A stretch of DNA of 64,000 nt from Methanobacteriota archaeon (GCA_018650285.1 JABIGF010000001.1:34072-98071), one strand, 5' to 3'. Shown: positions 28,039 to 38,387, counted from the first letter of the stretch. Program-made: numbers and translations. The notes: a model not told the origin generated them from the sequence alone.

Positions 28039-28103
28039 TGATTCACCTCACTATTTTGGTTTCGGCCGACCTGCTTCCCCTATTTAACCGCCGCGAGTTA
28101 CTC

Positions 28104-29036
28104 TCAGTTGACGCGCTCCGTAACATGCACATTATCAGCACGCATTGTAATTGGGATTGGTATTGCAGCATCGAACAACTCAACAGTGACTTCTTCTTTG
28201 CCTTCTTCAACACCTGTTACGCGTGCTCGGTTGCCCTTGAAATGACCAACTCTAATTTCCACAATACTTCCAACTTGAATGCCAGCAGTTGCAGATTTAG
28301 GTTCTAGATAATTGGAAACAACAGCGAGTGGTGCTTCACCAGGCAATACCTTTGCAGCTCCTCTCATTCGTGTAGTGTCATTTCCAGCGACTCCAATTAA
28401 TTTCTCAACATGGTGTTTTGCGCTTGCTTCAACGAAAATATATCCGCGCATGAGGCGTGGGTGAATTACAGAAAATACTTCGCCTTGAACATCTCTCAAA
28501 GATCCTGTTCCTGAAAGGCGAGCACGCACCTCATTTGCAATCTTCTGTTCTTGACCAATTGTGGTCTTTAGCATGTAAAGGAAACCAGCAACGTCACCAT
28601 ACATATCACCAAGTTGTGAAACGGTGGGCCGTGGTTGCATAGAACTGATATCATCAGCATCTTCAATCTCATCTGGGCTCAATACATTGAGAAAACCGGG
28701 GTCAATCCACATTGCCTCTTCGTAGAGAGTTCTTGGCTCCATGACATTGGTGTCACTAATCATTAGAATTGGAGTGACTTCGTTTAGGCGGTTTCCAAAC
28801 TCAATACCACGTGCAGCACCCTTGCGGACAAAAGTTAACGATTCCTGAGTGATACCAGTTGAATCTTCAATTCTCATGTAAACATCATCTAGGTCACCTT
28901 CTAGGTTTCCAACACCATAGATGCCGTCCCAAGAGTTTGCAAAATCTGCAACGCCTTCACTGCGTTTTAGCAATAGCAATTTATCCTCGAAGCGAATGAA
29001 TACAATAAATCCATCAGACATTTTTTTATCCCCCAT
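28104..29036 (-). CDS. spt5: transcription elongation factor Spt5 (NGN + KOW) with a roughly 135-aa N-terminal degenerate Nudix-like extension
   Basis: NGN region GFLYMLKTTIGQEQKIANEV...RGYIFVEA and a KOW region GSIVEIRVGHFKGNRARVTGVEE. The N-terminal part has a Nudix-like fold pattern (DGFIVFIRFEDKLLLLKRSEG...WDGIYGVGNLEGDLDDVYMRIEDSTGI) but lacks the canonical REUxEE. Confidence 0.7.
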   Translation of the reverse strand: MGDKKMSDGFIVFIRFEDKLLLLKRSEGVADFANSWDGIYGVGNLEGDLDDVYMRIEDSTGITQESLTFVRKGAARGIEFGNRLNEVTPILMISDTNVMEPRTLYEEAMWIDPGFLNVLSPDEIEDADDISSMQPRPTVSQLGDMYGDVAGFLYMLKTTIGQEQKIANEVRARLSGTGSLRDVQGEVFSVIHPRLMRGYIFVEASAKHHVEKLIGVAGNDTTRMRGAAKVLPGEAPLAVVSNYLEPKSATAGIQVGSIVEIRVGHFKGNRARVTGVEEGKEEVTVELFDAAIPIPITMRADNVHVTERVN

Positions 29037-29048
29037 CCCACAAAAGTT

Positions 29049-29312
29049 TCAGCCGATTAACCAACCGAAGAACTTTGGTAATTCAGTATCCATTAACCAC
29101 AGCATTACGAAGCCGATGAAACCAAGAACAAACATACCGATTCCACAAACCCAAACGGTTTGTCTAAATTCTGCCTTGGTTGGTTTGCGTGCCATTCGAA
29201 TAATTCGAGCCCATGAACCGCGACCAAAACTGCGCACCCATGTTTCAAACTGGTCTTGCCGAGCCTGAACTCGGTCTTCAAAGGACTTGCTGACAGAGTC
29301 ATCACTGGACAT
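29049..29312 (-). CDS. secE: preprotein translocase subunit SecE (Sec61 gamma)
   Basis: Small protein with a single C-terminal TM helix (VWVCGIGMFVLGFIGFVMLWLM). It lies between ftsZ and spt5. Confidence 0.7.
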   Translation of the reverse strand: MSSDDSVSKSFEDRVQARQDQFETWVRSFGRGSWARIIRMARKPTKAEFRQTVWVCGIGMFVLGFIGFVMLWLMDTELPKFFGWLIG

Positions 29313-29373
29313 AACTGAACCCCTTTAGGGTTCATGCCGACATGGGGGCCCTCTTTAACATCAACGCTTCAAA

Positions 29374-30510
29374 TTAATTGATGAATTCAAGACTACGATT
29401 GCGCATTGACTGCATTTGTTGGTGTGCTGTAGCGCCAAAAATTTGTTGACTCTTGACACCCGTTAAAACTAGCAATACTCGCAATTCGTTGCCCATATCG
29501 GGGTCAACAGTAGCACCCCAAATGATGCGTGCATAAGGGTTGATTCTCTCTCGTATTTCTTGGGCACAACGTTCTGCTTCTCCCAGTGTAAGGGATGGAC
29601 CGCCGACAACATTCACAAGTGCGCCGCGAGCGTCTGAAACATCGATGTCCAATAGTGGAGACGAAAGCGCTTGACTGGTTGCATCAACTGCTCGGTCAGT
29701 TCCAGTGCCTTCTCCTAGACCAATCATTGCCATTCCACCGCCATTGAGCATGACACTTCGTAGGTCTTCAAAGTCAAGATTGACCAAACCTTCCTTGGTG
29801 ATCATTTCAGTGACGCCAGCGATTGAACGCATGAGAAGTTCATCAGCAACACGGAACGCTGCTTCAATTGGTAAATCTTTGACACCTTCAACCTCGAGTA
29901 ATTTTTCATTTGGTAGAACTACGACAGTGTCGCAAACTTCGCGTAATCTCTCTAATCCCCATTCCGCATTTTGCCGGCGTAATGTTCCTTCAGATGCAAA
30001 TGGATAGGTAACTACTGCGATAGTAAGTGCACCAGCCGCTTTTGCTAATCTAGCCATGACATGGGCTGAACCAGTTCCAGTTCCGCCGCCAAGTCCGGCA
30101 GTGACGAAAGCTAGGTCACAATCATCAACAATGTTGTTGAGAGTTCTTTCGGATTCGTATGCTGCTTTCTCACCTTTCTCAGGGTCTCCACCAGCACCGC
30201 GGCCACGGGCAGTTCGTCCAATCAGAATTTTTGTTTCAATATTGGAACGAAGCAAATGTTGTGCGTCCGTGTTAACAGCGTAGCCAGAAATATGGTCGCC
30301 TTTGAGCAATCCTTCATCATGAAGCCGTTGAACGGTGTTACAACCACACCCTCCGCATCCAAATACACGGATACGTGGGGCTAAACTAGCGAGCAATTCC
30401 ACCAATTCTTCGTCACCAGGAGTGATTTTGGCATCAAAATCTTCACTTTCATCTTCAGCGACAATTTCGCTTTCTTGCAATTCTAAAACGCGGTCAATCA
30501 AATGGCGCAT
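29374..30510 (-). CDS. ftsZ: cell division GTPase FtsZ
   Basis: Tubulin signature GGGTGTGSAHVMA and N-terminal VFGCGGCGCNTV (compare M. jannaschii VVGCGGAGNNTI). There is strong overall collinearity with archaeal FtsZ1. Confidence 0.9.
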   Translation of the reverse strand: MRHLIDRVLELQESEIVAEDESEDFDAKITPGDEELVELLASLAPRIRVFGCGGCGCNTVQRLHDEGLLKGDHISGYAVNTDAQHLLRSNIETKILIGRTARGRGAGGDPEKGEKAAYESERTLNNIVDDCDLAFVTAGLGGGTGTGSAHVMARLAKAAGALTIAVVTYPFASEGTLRRQNAEWGLERLREVCDTVVVLPNEKLLEVEGVKDLPIEAAFRVADELLMRSIAGVTEMITKEGLVNLDFEDLRSVMLNGGGMAMIGLGEGTGTDRAVDATSQALSSPLLDIDVSDARGALVNVVGGPSLTLGEAERCAQEIRERINPYARIIWGATVDPDMGNELRVLLVLTGVKSQQIFGATAHQQMQSMRNRSLEFIN

Positions 30511-30670
30511 ATGGCTAGCCTCACTAAAGCCGCCTTAACCTTGACGATGGCAATGGGAGGCTTGGAGCGGGTTATCGCACCCATCCGCAATAGCCGAAAA
30601 GGAGAATCTCCTCCCTTAGGGAGGACAAATAGCCCGAAGTTCAAAGTGCAAGGGGTTGTCTGTCGGGCTG

Positions 30671-33600
30671 ATGAAGTACAAGCCAATGTTGTTAGTGATT
30701 ATTTTTTTAACCGCTTCTTTGCAGGTTTTTGCAGCACCTGAAAGCGTGCTTGAAGAAGAATCACCTATTGCTAGTACTAGTGCTAGTCAATGGGAAATGG
30801 CAGATGGGCCAGAAATACAATCGGGATGGTCTCCAAATGTATGGCAACCAGATTCAAAAAGTGCATTTTGGGAGATGGATTTTAGCCCTGATGGCAGCAA
30901 ATTAGCGGCTGTTGAAATATCTGATAACCGCCTTTTTGTTTGGAATGTTGACGACGGAAGAGTTCTATTGTGGATACACCATGATGCGGCAATTGTCGAT
31001 GTAGTTTGGCTATCAAACGAGTGGGTGCTTGTAGCAGATGGAGGAATCAATTGGTATTCATATCAAGTGATGGACAATGGTACATCATCCCCTCAATCCT
31101 CTACATTGATGCGCTCTGGACAATGGACTGATTCACTTACTGGAACTTATCCAGGGTGGTTATGGGGTTTAGACGCTTCTGTAAACAACTCAAAAGTAGC
31201 ATTTTGTGGAGATATTGACCAGATGAATATGGGTGGCGAAGTGGTTGTTGCTAACCTAAATCACTTCATTGACGGCTCGCCGGCAAATGCCCAACACTTT
31301 TTCCCACAATATTGGGTTACTGATTGTGCAATTTCTCCCAATGGTGGCACGGTAGCTGCCTTGGGTCGAAATGTGACCTACTACCCTGATGGGAATGTCA
31401 CTTATCGTGATGTAGTCTATGGTGTTGAAGTAGCAACTGGTGCTCTCTCTTGGAGTCGTTTTGTAGGCGGCGACAATTCTTCAGCATGGGCTGTTACTTG
31501 GGAGCCTGGTGGTGGCAGTTACACTGTTGGATATAATCACCCAAAACCAAGCCAACCATCTGTTTGGGAAGGTGTTGTTACGGCTTTTGCAGAGGTCGAT
31601 GGGTCAATTTTTTGGTATTCAACAATTCCTCAGAATTTGAGTAGTATACGTTGGTTACCAGATGGCTCATATCTAGGGGTTGGATTGTATGACCCCGGTA
31701 GAATATCATTCATCAATACAGCGGGCCAGATTCAAACAGATTTTGGTTGGCATTCGGTTCGTTCAGGTTCAACAACAATTCCAGAAGATGTTACCGCTGT
31801 TGCAACAACTACTATTCCAGCAACAACAACAGCAAACCAATTGATGGCATCGGCAGGAAAAGATGGTGGAATTGAGATTTGGAATATTGATGTTTCAACT
31901 TTTGAAATAGTCCCATATCGAAGATTTGGGCCCTCTATAATGAGAGAAATTGCAGTTCACCCTAACCAAGATTTAGTAGCGATTGCTGAATCATCAGGTG
32001 TTCTAACAGTTCGCTCAGGAATCAATGGTTCAATTGTTTCACAATGTTTCCACCCTGAATTTGGTCAGTTAGTCTATGAGATTCCATTTGCAAAATCTGT
32101 CGAATGGATGAATGGTGAAGCGGTAGCTGGATTTAGTGATGGAGTAATATTTTCATGCAACGAATTTAATAAATTCTCTTGGACTTTTGATTTAAGAAAT
32201 TTTCAGACAGTTGGCTCTTTCGGTAGAGTTGCAGTCCAACCCAACAGCAATCACATTGCAATTTCTTGGTCGTCAAATACAACGAATAACACACGTGATG
32301 GACATGTGGCAATTATTGACCCTATGTCGGGCCAATTTTTCAAAGAGTGGCAATATGCCGAAACTCATTGGACATTAGATTTCAATGACTTTGGTACAAA
32401 ATTAGCTTCAGTTGGTCAATCTGGTGGGGTCAGATTATGGAATACTAGCGATCCGAACCCAGCAAATTGGATAGACGATGGCTCACCATATTCTCACACC
32501 GGCTATGTTGGCGTTACACAATGGATGCCTGGTGCAGATTTATTGGTCACAGCCGGCTGGGACAAACAACTCATTTTTTGGGATGTTCAATCACAAATGT
32601 CGATGATGCAATTAACATTGCAATACGAAGCATTTGCTTTTGCTGACTTGATGGCTCAAGGACTTGCAGTTGTTGCAACCGGAGATTCATCAACATCTCA
32701 AGTTGGTCAATTAGAGTTTTATGATATTCAAAATAGTACTCTTGACTCAACATATCAACTGAATCATATTCCTCGTGGATTGGGTGTTCTTCCCATTGAA
32801 CAATCTTTGGTTGTGGTGAACCATACTGGTACTCTTCTAATCCTCAAGAAGGATGCGGATGGAGATGGCTGGGCGGATGATGTAGACGCCCTCCCCAATG
32901 ACCCTACTCAACATTTGGATAACGATGGGGATGGATGGGGTGATGACCAGACTCAAGTTACAGGAGATGCTTGCATCTCAATTCAAGGCACTAGTCATGA
33001 AGATAGAAATGGCTGCCCTGATAGCGATGGAGATGGTTACAGCGATGCTGATGCAACTTGGCTCGCTCACCCTGTAGGAAATGCAGATGCCTTCCCGAGC
33101 AACCCCTCACAATGGCGAGATAGTGATGGTGATGGATATGGTGATATCTATTCATATTCTGTTGACGCACAAGGCCTTCGCACAGGTGAAGTAGGAGATG
33201 CATTCGCTAATGATGGTGCACAATATCGTGATTTAGATGGTGATGGTTGTGGTGACAATTATTCTTACGGCGATGATAACGGAATGAGAATTAATGAAGC
33301 CGGTGATGCATTTATTTCAGATCCTACTCAGTGCAACGATTTTGATGGTGATGGATATGGTGATAATTACACCTATGTGAATAATTTTAATGGATTGCGT
33401 GAAGAGAATGGCGACGCATTTCCAACAGATTATCTTGCTTGGTCAGATGTTGATGGTGATGGTTGTCCAACAAATTCTGCTACCGGATTAACGATTGACC
33501 TTTATCCAACAGATGGCCAATATTGTGATGAAGATTTACCATTTTGGTTGCCTATTAATTTACAGACAGTAATTACCAACGGCGTAAATCTTTGGAATAT

Positions 33601-34333
33601 TCAGATGTCTTGGGACTCTGCCGCAAATAATACAGACATGCTTCGTTTGGAAGTGGCTTTGAGTAATAATACAACAATGCCAATAGATGATGAATACACA
33701 ACATTGCAAGTATGGACTACAATCGGTGCGGTAAGCGAGGACGTTTCTGTAGACCCTGTGGAGGGTAACGAAATTCTTCATCTACGATTTACAGCTATCC
33801 CTGATGATGGCGCATTATTAAGTAGAAATTGGTCTGCAGTATGGGTTGCAAATGAAACAGAAATCGTGGATAATTCTTCAAATGATAATTCTTCAAATGA
33901 TAATTCTTCAAATAACGACTCGGATGGTGATGGAGTAATAGATTCTGAAGATAACTGTCCAAATGATTTTGGCACACCAGAAAATTATGGTTGTGTTTCT
34001 AATACATCTAATCAGACAGGAAGTGACGAAAATAATGATGAATTTGGTGAAACATCGTCATTGTGGTATGTTGGAATTGGAATTGGTTTGTTTATCGTTG
34101 TGATTCTTGGATTTATGGGTATTCGATACAATCGTAAGACAGACACTATCGCAGAAGGCGTCTATACCATGGGTCAAGCAAGTCATGCCCCTCCATCAAT
34201 ACCCCCTACACCAATAATGCACCCACCATGCAAGGATTGTGGCGGTTTTGTTCAAGAGGTAATCAATCAAAATGATCGTTGGACATGGTGCCCTTCGTGT
34301 CGTGAATGGCAAGAGTTCCTTGGTAAGAGTTAA
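30671..34333 (+). CDS. giant cell-surface protein with a signal peptide, beta-propeller-like repeats, thrombospondin-type-3-like Ca-binding repeats, a C-terminal TM helix and a cytoplasmic Zn-ribbon tail
   Basis: Signal peptide MKYKPMLLVIIFLTASLQVFAAP. Numerous W/G-rich propeller-like blades. A run of D-x-D-G-D-G-x-x-D repeats (e.g. DADGDGWADDVDALPNDPTQHLDNDGDGWGDDQ). A TM helix (LWYVGIGIGLFIVVILGFMGI), then CKDCGG...CPSC. Confidence 0.55.
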   Translation: MKYKPMLLVIIFLTASLQVFAAPESVLEEESPIASTSASQWEMADGPEIQSGWSPNVWQPDSKSAFWEMDFSPDGSKLAAVEISDNRLFVWNVDDGRVLLWIHHDAAIVDVVWLSNEWVLVADGGINWYSYQVMDNGTSSPQSSTLMRSGQWTDSLTGTYPGWLWGLDASVNNSKVAFCGDIDQMNMGGEVVVANLNHFIDGSPANAQHFFPQYWVTDCAISPNGGTVAALGRNVTYYPDGNVTYRDVVYGVEVATGALSWSRFVGGDNSSAWAVTWEPGGGSYTVGYNHPKPSQPSVWEGVVTAFAEVDGSIFWYSTIPQNLSSIRWLPDGSYLGVGLYDPGRISFINTAGQIQTDFGWHSVRSGSTTIPEDVTAVATTTIPATTTANQLMASAGKDGGIEIWNIDVSTFEIVPYRRFGPSIMREIAVHPNQDLVAIAESSGVLTVRSGINGSIVSQCFHPEFGQLVYEIPFAKSVEWMNGEAVAGFSDGVIFSCNEFNKFSWTFDLRNFQTVGSFGRVAVQPNSNHIAISWSSNTTNNTRDGHVAIIDPMSGQFFKEWQYAETHWTLDFNDFGTKLASVGQSGGVRLWNTSDPNPANWIDDGSPYSHTGYVGVTQWMPGADLLVTAGWDKQLIFWDVQSQMSMMQLTLQYEAFAFADLMAQGLAVVATGDSSTSQVGQLEFYDIQNSTLDSTYQLNHIPRGLGVLPIEQSLVVVNHTGTLLILKKDADGDGWADDVDALPNDPTQHLDNDGDGWGDDQTQVTGDACISIQGTSHEDRNGCPDSDGDGYSDADATWLAHPVGNADAFPSNPSQWRDSDGDGYGDIYSYSVDAQGLRTGEVGDAFANDGAQYRDLDGDGCGDNYSYGDDNGMRINEAGDAFISDPTQCNDFDGDGYGDNYTYVNNFNGLREENGDAFPTDYLAWSDVDGDGCPTNSATGLTIDLYPTDGQYCDEDLPFWLPINLQTVITNGVNLWNIQMSWDSAANNTDMLRLEVALSNNTTMPIDDEYTTLQVWTTIGAVSEDVSVDPVEGNEILHLRFTAIPDDGALLSRNWSAVWVANETEIVDNSSNDNSSNDNSSNNDSDGDGVIDSEDNCPNDFGTPENYGCVSNTSNQTGSDENNDEFGETSSLWYVGIGIGLFIVVILGFMGIRYNRKTDTIAEGVYTMGQASHAPPSIPPTPIMHPPCKDCGGFVQEVINQNDRWTWCPSCREWQEFLGKS
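33871..33915 (+). repeat. 15-nt tandem repeat x3 (taattcttcaaatga) encoding NSSND repeats inside the surface protein
   Basis: Perfect or near-perfect direct repeats visible in the sequence. Confidence 0.6.
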
Positions 34334-34354
34334 CCAACGTAGATTGAGGGCAAA

Positions 34355-35140
34355 TCAGCGGCTTGATTGAGAATATTCATGGTAATCAACTACTGGTTGA
34401 AGTGAATCGATAGCAGTTTGAAGGCGAGCATTAGCGGCTTGTTCGCCGCTTTCAATTGCAGCGATTTGCTTTTGGAGAGATTGCAGGCGTTCATTCAAAC
34501 TACTTGCTATTGCGTGATTCAATCCTGATGTTGGTTGAATCCATCTTTGGATACATGTTACAATTTTGTCAACCGAAGTTGTCATACCATTATTAGAAAT
34601 GAGAATGAATTCATTATTTTCTCTGTTCACAGGGCCGACTTTAGTCAACGCTGCAACCAATTTTTTGGCAACCTTTCCGGCCTTTTTCAGTGAACCTTTG
34701 CAGACTTCATATGCTTCAATAGATAGGACATGTGCTTCAACGTGGCCTTGTTTTGCTGGCATTGAAAAATTGTTGAGAGCCTTTTTCAAGTTTCCAAGTT
34801 GAATATGTATGCGGCCTATTTGCATACAATCTTCAATGATAATTTTTGCATCTGCATCATTGCCAACAACCTTTTCTTTTACTTTCATTTTTCGAAGGGT
34901 TGAGGATTCAGTTCCTAATTTTTTGGCGGCCTTTAAACTCAATTTCCATTTATTCCGAATTTCAAGAATGTTGGCATAGTCACGAAGTGCGAGTACTAGG
35001 ATTTCTTGGCGTTGTAGCGTCCTTTTCTTTTCTGAAAGAAGCATTGTAGTCAATTCATCAACCATGTGTTCAGCAATTTCAAGGCGGCCGTCGGTGACAT
35101 AATTGCGCAATTGATTGAGCACCTTTACGGGGTCGTCCAT
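34355..35140 (-). CDS. hypothetical alpha-helical protein
   Basis: ORF of 261 aa. No recognisable motifs. Confidence 0.25.
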   Translation of the reverse strand: MDDPVKVLNQLRNYVTDGRLEIAEHMVDELTTMLLSEKKRTLQRQEILVLALRDYANILEIRNKWKLSLKAAKKLGTESSTLRKMKVKEKVVGNDADAKIIIEDCMQIGRIHIQLGNLKKALNNFSMPAKQGHVEAHVLSIEAYEVCKGSLKKAGKVAKKLVAALTKVGPVNRENNEFILISNNGMTTSVDKIVTCIQRWIQPTSGLNHAIASSLNERLQSLQKQIAAIESGEQAANARLQTAIDSLQPVVDYHEYSQSSR

Positions 35141-35264
35141 GCCAAACAGTGTCCCACCTCATCATGTGAGAGAGGGGCATCACGCATTACCGCTCCTATT
35201 GTTCGTCTCTCTCTTCAAGGTATGCAAGCAGCAATTTAATCAACAAACAAAGAGTAGTAAAAAA

Positions 35265-38200
35265 TCAACTCTTGCGCTTAACAGCTCTTCGTTTTGCAGC
35301 CTTCTTTGGACGGCGCTTCTTTTCTTTCTTCTTTGGCGCATCATCTTCATCGTCGCCCCATTCATCATCGGAATCGTCGTCATCATCAAAATCGTCGTCA
35401 TCAACTTCTTCAACAACATCTTTTGATTTCTTGCGGCGCTTCTTTTCAGTGGTATCGGTTGCGAATGGGTCGCCTTCATCATCTAATTGCTTTGTTTCCT
35501 TTGGCTTTGATTCAAGTTCAGCGAGGCCAGCATCTGCAGCATCTGCAGAACCAGCATCACCGCCCATGAATTCCATCATCCACTCGTCGTCTTCGTCGTA
35601 ATCTTCATCTCCACCCTTTTTCTTCTTAGATGGGTCTTGAGCAGCAAATACTCCCATTGTGATGGCGAGTAGTAATAGAAGCAGATTGAAGGCTACAACT
35701 GCAAGGATGATGATGTAGGGAGGGCTAGTCAATGTTATTGCTGCGGCTGTTTCCTCTTCTTCTGTAGTAAATGGCGAGTCGCCACTTGCACAGAGAGTTA
35801 GTCCACTCAGATTCTCAAAACAGTGGTCCACATAGAATGATGTAGTGAACGATTTTTGATTTCCAGCAGTATCGATTGCTACGATTTCAACACGGTGATC
35901 GCCTGGCCACTCAAAGGTTGATGCCGGTTCTTTCATGCTGAAAACAATAGTATTTTCTGGAGCATCATTTGGAGTGATGTCTGTCACATTTTCCCATTCA
36001 AATTCAGTTCTAATGAATTCTCCAAAATGGGTGAAACGGTACTTTACTTGAAGGAGTGCCACATCATCACTAACAACTCCATGAACTGTGATTTCATCCC
36101 CGTAGAGATACTTACTTTCGTAGGACGGAGAGAATAACTCAATGGTTGGTGATTCAGCATCTATCGACCAATTGATTATTGTTACATCTTGCGAATTACC
36201 GACCATATCTATCAGATTCGCTGTGACTGAAAGGTTCGTAGTATCCATGCCGGCAGGGATAGGGAAATCCCATACATAGTGAGTATTAGAACTAAGGAAT
36301 GGTGTAGCGCGAGTAATTTCGCTCTCTGGGGTGAAGGTTGTTCCAACTCCCAAATCTACATTGTAATCATCTGAAGAAACATGTATCAGAGGGAACTCTT
36401 GAAGTGGTTCATTACTGTAAATATGTAATCTGTAATCGCCACTCATCAAAGCGCCTTCACTCATTTCATCTAGACCTGATTGTGCGATAGTAATTTCAGC
36501 ATCAGGCGCTGTTGTATCTTCATGAACATACCAAGCATTTGAGCGATTAGTAAGAGAGTCTCGTGAGTTGCCCCAAATATCTGCAATTGTAAGTGCATAC
36601 CAAGTGTATCGATTCAATCCCTCTTCTAAGTATATTTCACGTAATACAGTGGTTTCTGCAGAGTGTGCTTCATAATTTTCTATTTGAATTTCCCACCCTG
36701 CACTATCAGAAATATTTCCTGTTTCATTGTTAGTGAAAGGAGTTCCTAAGTGGCGCCAAATGGTATAGGTCTCATTCTCTTCAGCAAGAGAATTCATCCA
36801 CGAAAGAAGCACCGTCTTTTGGCTACCTTGAAGCATTGGTTGAGCGAGTTGAATTGGTGCTGGTGCAAGTGTATCTTCACGTACAGGCAAGATCACACAG
36901 TTTTGCTGGAAACGTGTATCTTCATAGGTAGCATTCAAGTGATTGTAGCGAGTTACTGAAGTAATACAGTAGTAAGAGAGCACGTCTTTTGCATCTTCCA
37001 CAGGCACGATTACGGTTTGAACGCCGTCTGGCACAGTTGCAACTAGAGTTGCTTCTAATGATAGATTACTTGATGCGGATAGTCTTGTCCATGAATGCCA
37101 GATATGGTAGTATTCACCTTCTGCACCCATTTGGTCAGACCAAGTGACTTCGGTTTGTGCATTCTCAATATATTCTGCTTGTACATTAGTTGGTTCAGCA
37201 ACCCATGGGTCAAATGCGTTTTCCATGATTGGTCCGGCAATTGCAGATGGTAGTACAGATGCGTTATGGTTACCACGGGAATCAGATGCTGTGACGGCAT
37301 AGTAAGCGTATCCGAGGGTTCCTCTTTCAACTTCGTATCGGTACTCGCCAACTCCAGTTTGGATCGCCGCGATGTGTTCTACGGATGGGTTGGTGGTATT
37401 ATTGAAAGGACTACCAGATCTCCAAATGTGATAGACCGCATTACTCTCACCTGAAATATCAGTCCACGCTATTGTGGTGTTTCCAGTTCCACCACTAGAC
37501 TCAGCGATGAATGATGCAATGACACCTTCTACATCCAATGGTGCGACATTGTCTTCTTTGACAGGAAATTCTTCATCCATGGTATTGACGCCACCGATGA
37601 AGCGAGCATCTTCGTAACTGAGATATTCGTAAGTCACAGAGTAGTAAGCATCAACGTCAGTGTTTGGGGGAACATCAAAAGAAGTTGTTGAAACGCCAGC
37701 GGGTTCTATAGCTACGAGTTGTTTATCCATTGCTGGCCAAGTGATTCTAGATGCGGGGTTAAGGTGGCGGTATATTTTCGAGACATAGGCATTTGGCCCA
37801 GTTTCAAGCAGTGTTCCTGGTTGTAATTGATTGAGGTTAATCCAATCAATTTTGGTTTTGCTTGTTTCAGGGAAGAAAGTGGCATTCACCGAAAATGGTG
37901 CGGTTATGTCGTGAGTGAATTCCATGATAGGTTGTCCCGTTTGTGAAACATCCATTTCCATAAATGCTCTAATTGAACCATCATCTAATTGTGTTGCAAT
38001 ACCGTAGAAAAATGTGCCATTAACTCCTGGTGGGAGAGGATGGGTGATGGAATGTTGTTGGCTAGGGCAGGTGACAACATTTCCAGTACAGGCAGAAATA
38101 TTTGCGATGTATGGGATTGTACCATTTTCAATAATGCTCATATTCATTTGAGCATCACTGCGATAAACCAAGTAACGACTTGCCTGCAACATTTGTGCGA

Positions 38201-38387
38201 TAGTTAGATTTTGAGTACCAATATTCTCCCACATAATATCGGTGGATTCTGAATATTGGTTAAATTGGGCTGCGATATTTTGTGCTTGCATATCGGTGGG
38301 TGACGATTGATCTGCGGCTACTGCAGGAACCAAAGGTGCCAATGACATCATTAGCAAAATAGCAGTGAGTAGTAGTGTTTTTCCCAT
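35265..38387 (-). CDS. large secreted cell-surface protein with multiple Ig/fibronectin-like beta domains, a C-terminal TM helix and a highly charged K/D/E-rich cytoplasmic tail
   Basis: Signal peptide MGKTLLLTAILLMMSLAPLVPAVAADQ and a Thr/Ser/Asn-rich beta-rich ectodomain. A TM helix (IIILAVVAFNLLLLLLAITMGVFAA) is followed by a tail (KKKKGGDEDYDEDDEW...KKRRPKK). Confidence 0.5.
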   Translation of the reverse strand: MGKTLLLTAILLMMSLAPLVPAVAADQSSPTDMQAQNIAAQFNQYSESTDIMWENIGTQNLTIAQMLQASRYLVYRSDAQMNMSIIENGTIPYIANISACTGNVVTCPSQQHSITHPLPPGVNGTFFYGIATQLDDGSIRAFMEMDVSQTGQPIMEFTHDITAPFSVNATFFPETSKTKIDWINLNQLQPGTLLETGPNAYVSKIYRHLNPASRITWPAMDKQLVAIEPAGVSTTSFDVPPNTDVDAYYSVTYEYLSYEDARFIGGVNTMDEEFPVKEDNVAPLDVEGVIASFIAESSGGTGNTTIAWTDISGESNAVYHIWRSGSPFNNTTNPSVEHIAAIQTGVGEYRYEVERGTLGYAYYAVTASDSRGNHNASVLPSAIAGPIMENAFDPWVAEPTNVQAEYIENAQTEVTWSDQMGAEGEYYHIWHSWTRLSASSNLSLEATLVATVPDGVQTVIVPVEDAKDVLSYYCITSVTRYNHLNATYEDTRFQQNCVILPVREDTLAPAPIQLAQPMLQGSQKTVLLSWMNSLAEENETYTIWRHLGTPFTNNETGNISDSAGWEIQIENYEAHSAETTVLREIYLEEGLNRYTWYALTIADIWGNSRDSLTNRSNAWYVHEDTTAPDAEITIAQSGLDEMSEGALMSGDYRLHIYSNEPLQEFPLIHVSSDDYNVDLGVGTTFTPESEITRATPFLSSNTHYVWDFPIPAGMDTTNLSVTANLIDMVGNSQDVTIINWSIDAESPTIELFSPSYESKYLYGDEITVHGVVSDDVALLQVKYRFTHFGEFIRTEFEWENVTDITPNDAPENTIVFSMKEPASTFEWPGDHRVEIVAIDTAGNQKSFTTSFYVDHCFENLSGLTLCASGDSPFTTEEEETAAAITLTSPPYIIILAVVAFNLLLLLLAITMGVFAAQDPSKKKKGGDEDYDEDDEWMMEFMGGDAGSADAADAGLAELESKPKETKQLDDEGDPFATDTTEKKRRKKSKDVVEEVDDDDFDDDDDSDDEWGDDEDDAPKKKEKKRRPKKAAKRRAVKRKS

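Noticed and set aside
29374-30510. Cysteines in the FtsZ glycine-rich GTP-binding box (VFGCGGCGCNTV)
   Set aside because: Archaeal FtsZ1 normally has a Cys in this box (M. jannaschii VVGCGGAGNNTI). Only two extra Cys substitutions are present, which is not strong enough to call a novel variant.
32850-33480. CRISPR-like or other non-coding repeat array
   Set aside because: The periodicity here is the coding D-x-D-G-D-G Ca-binding (TSP3-like) repeats within one long ORF. There are no spacer/repeat alternation and no cas genes.
35272-35601. Plus-strand Ser-rich ORFs (35272-35601, 35294-35569) and a minus-strand ORF at 35240-35482
   Set aside because: They are mirror or alternate-frame readings of the K/D/E-rich tail-coding region of the large surface protein gene. 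The low-complexity composition creates spurious ORFs.
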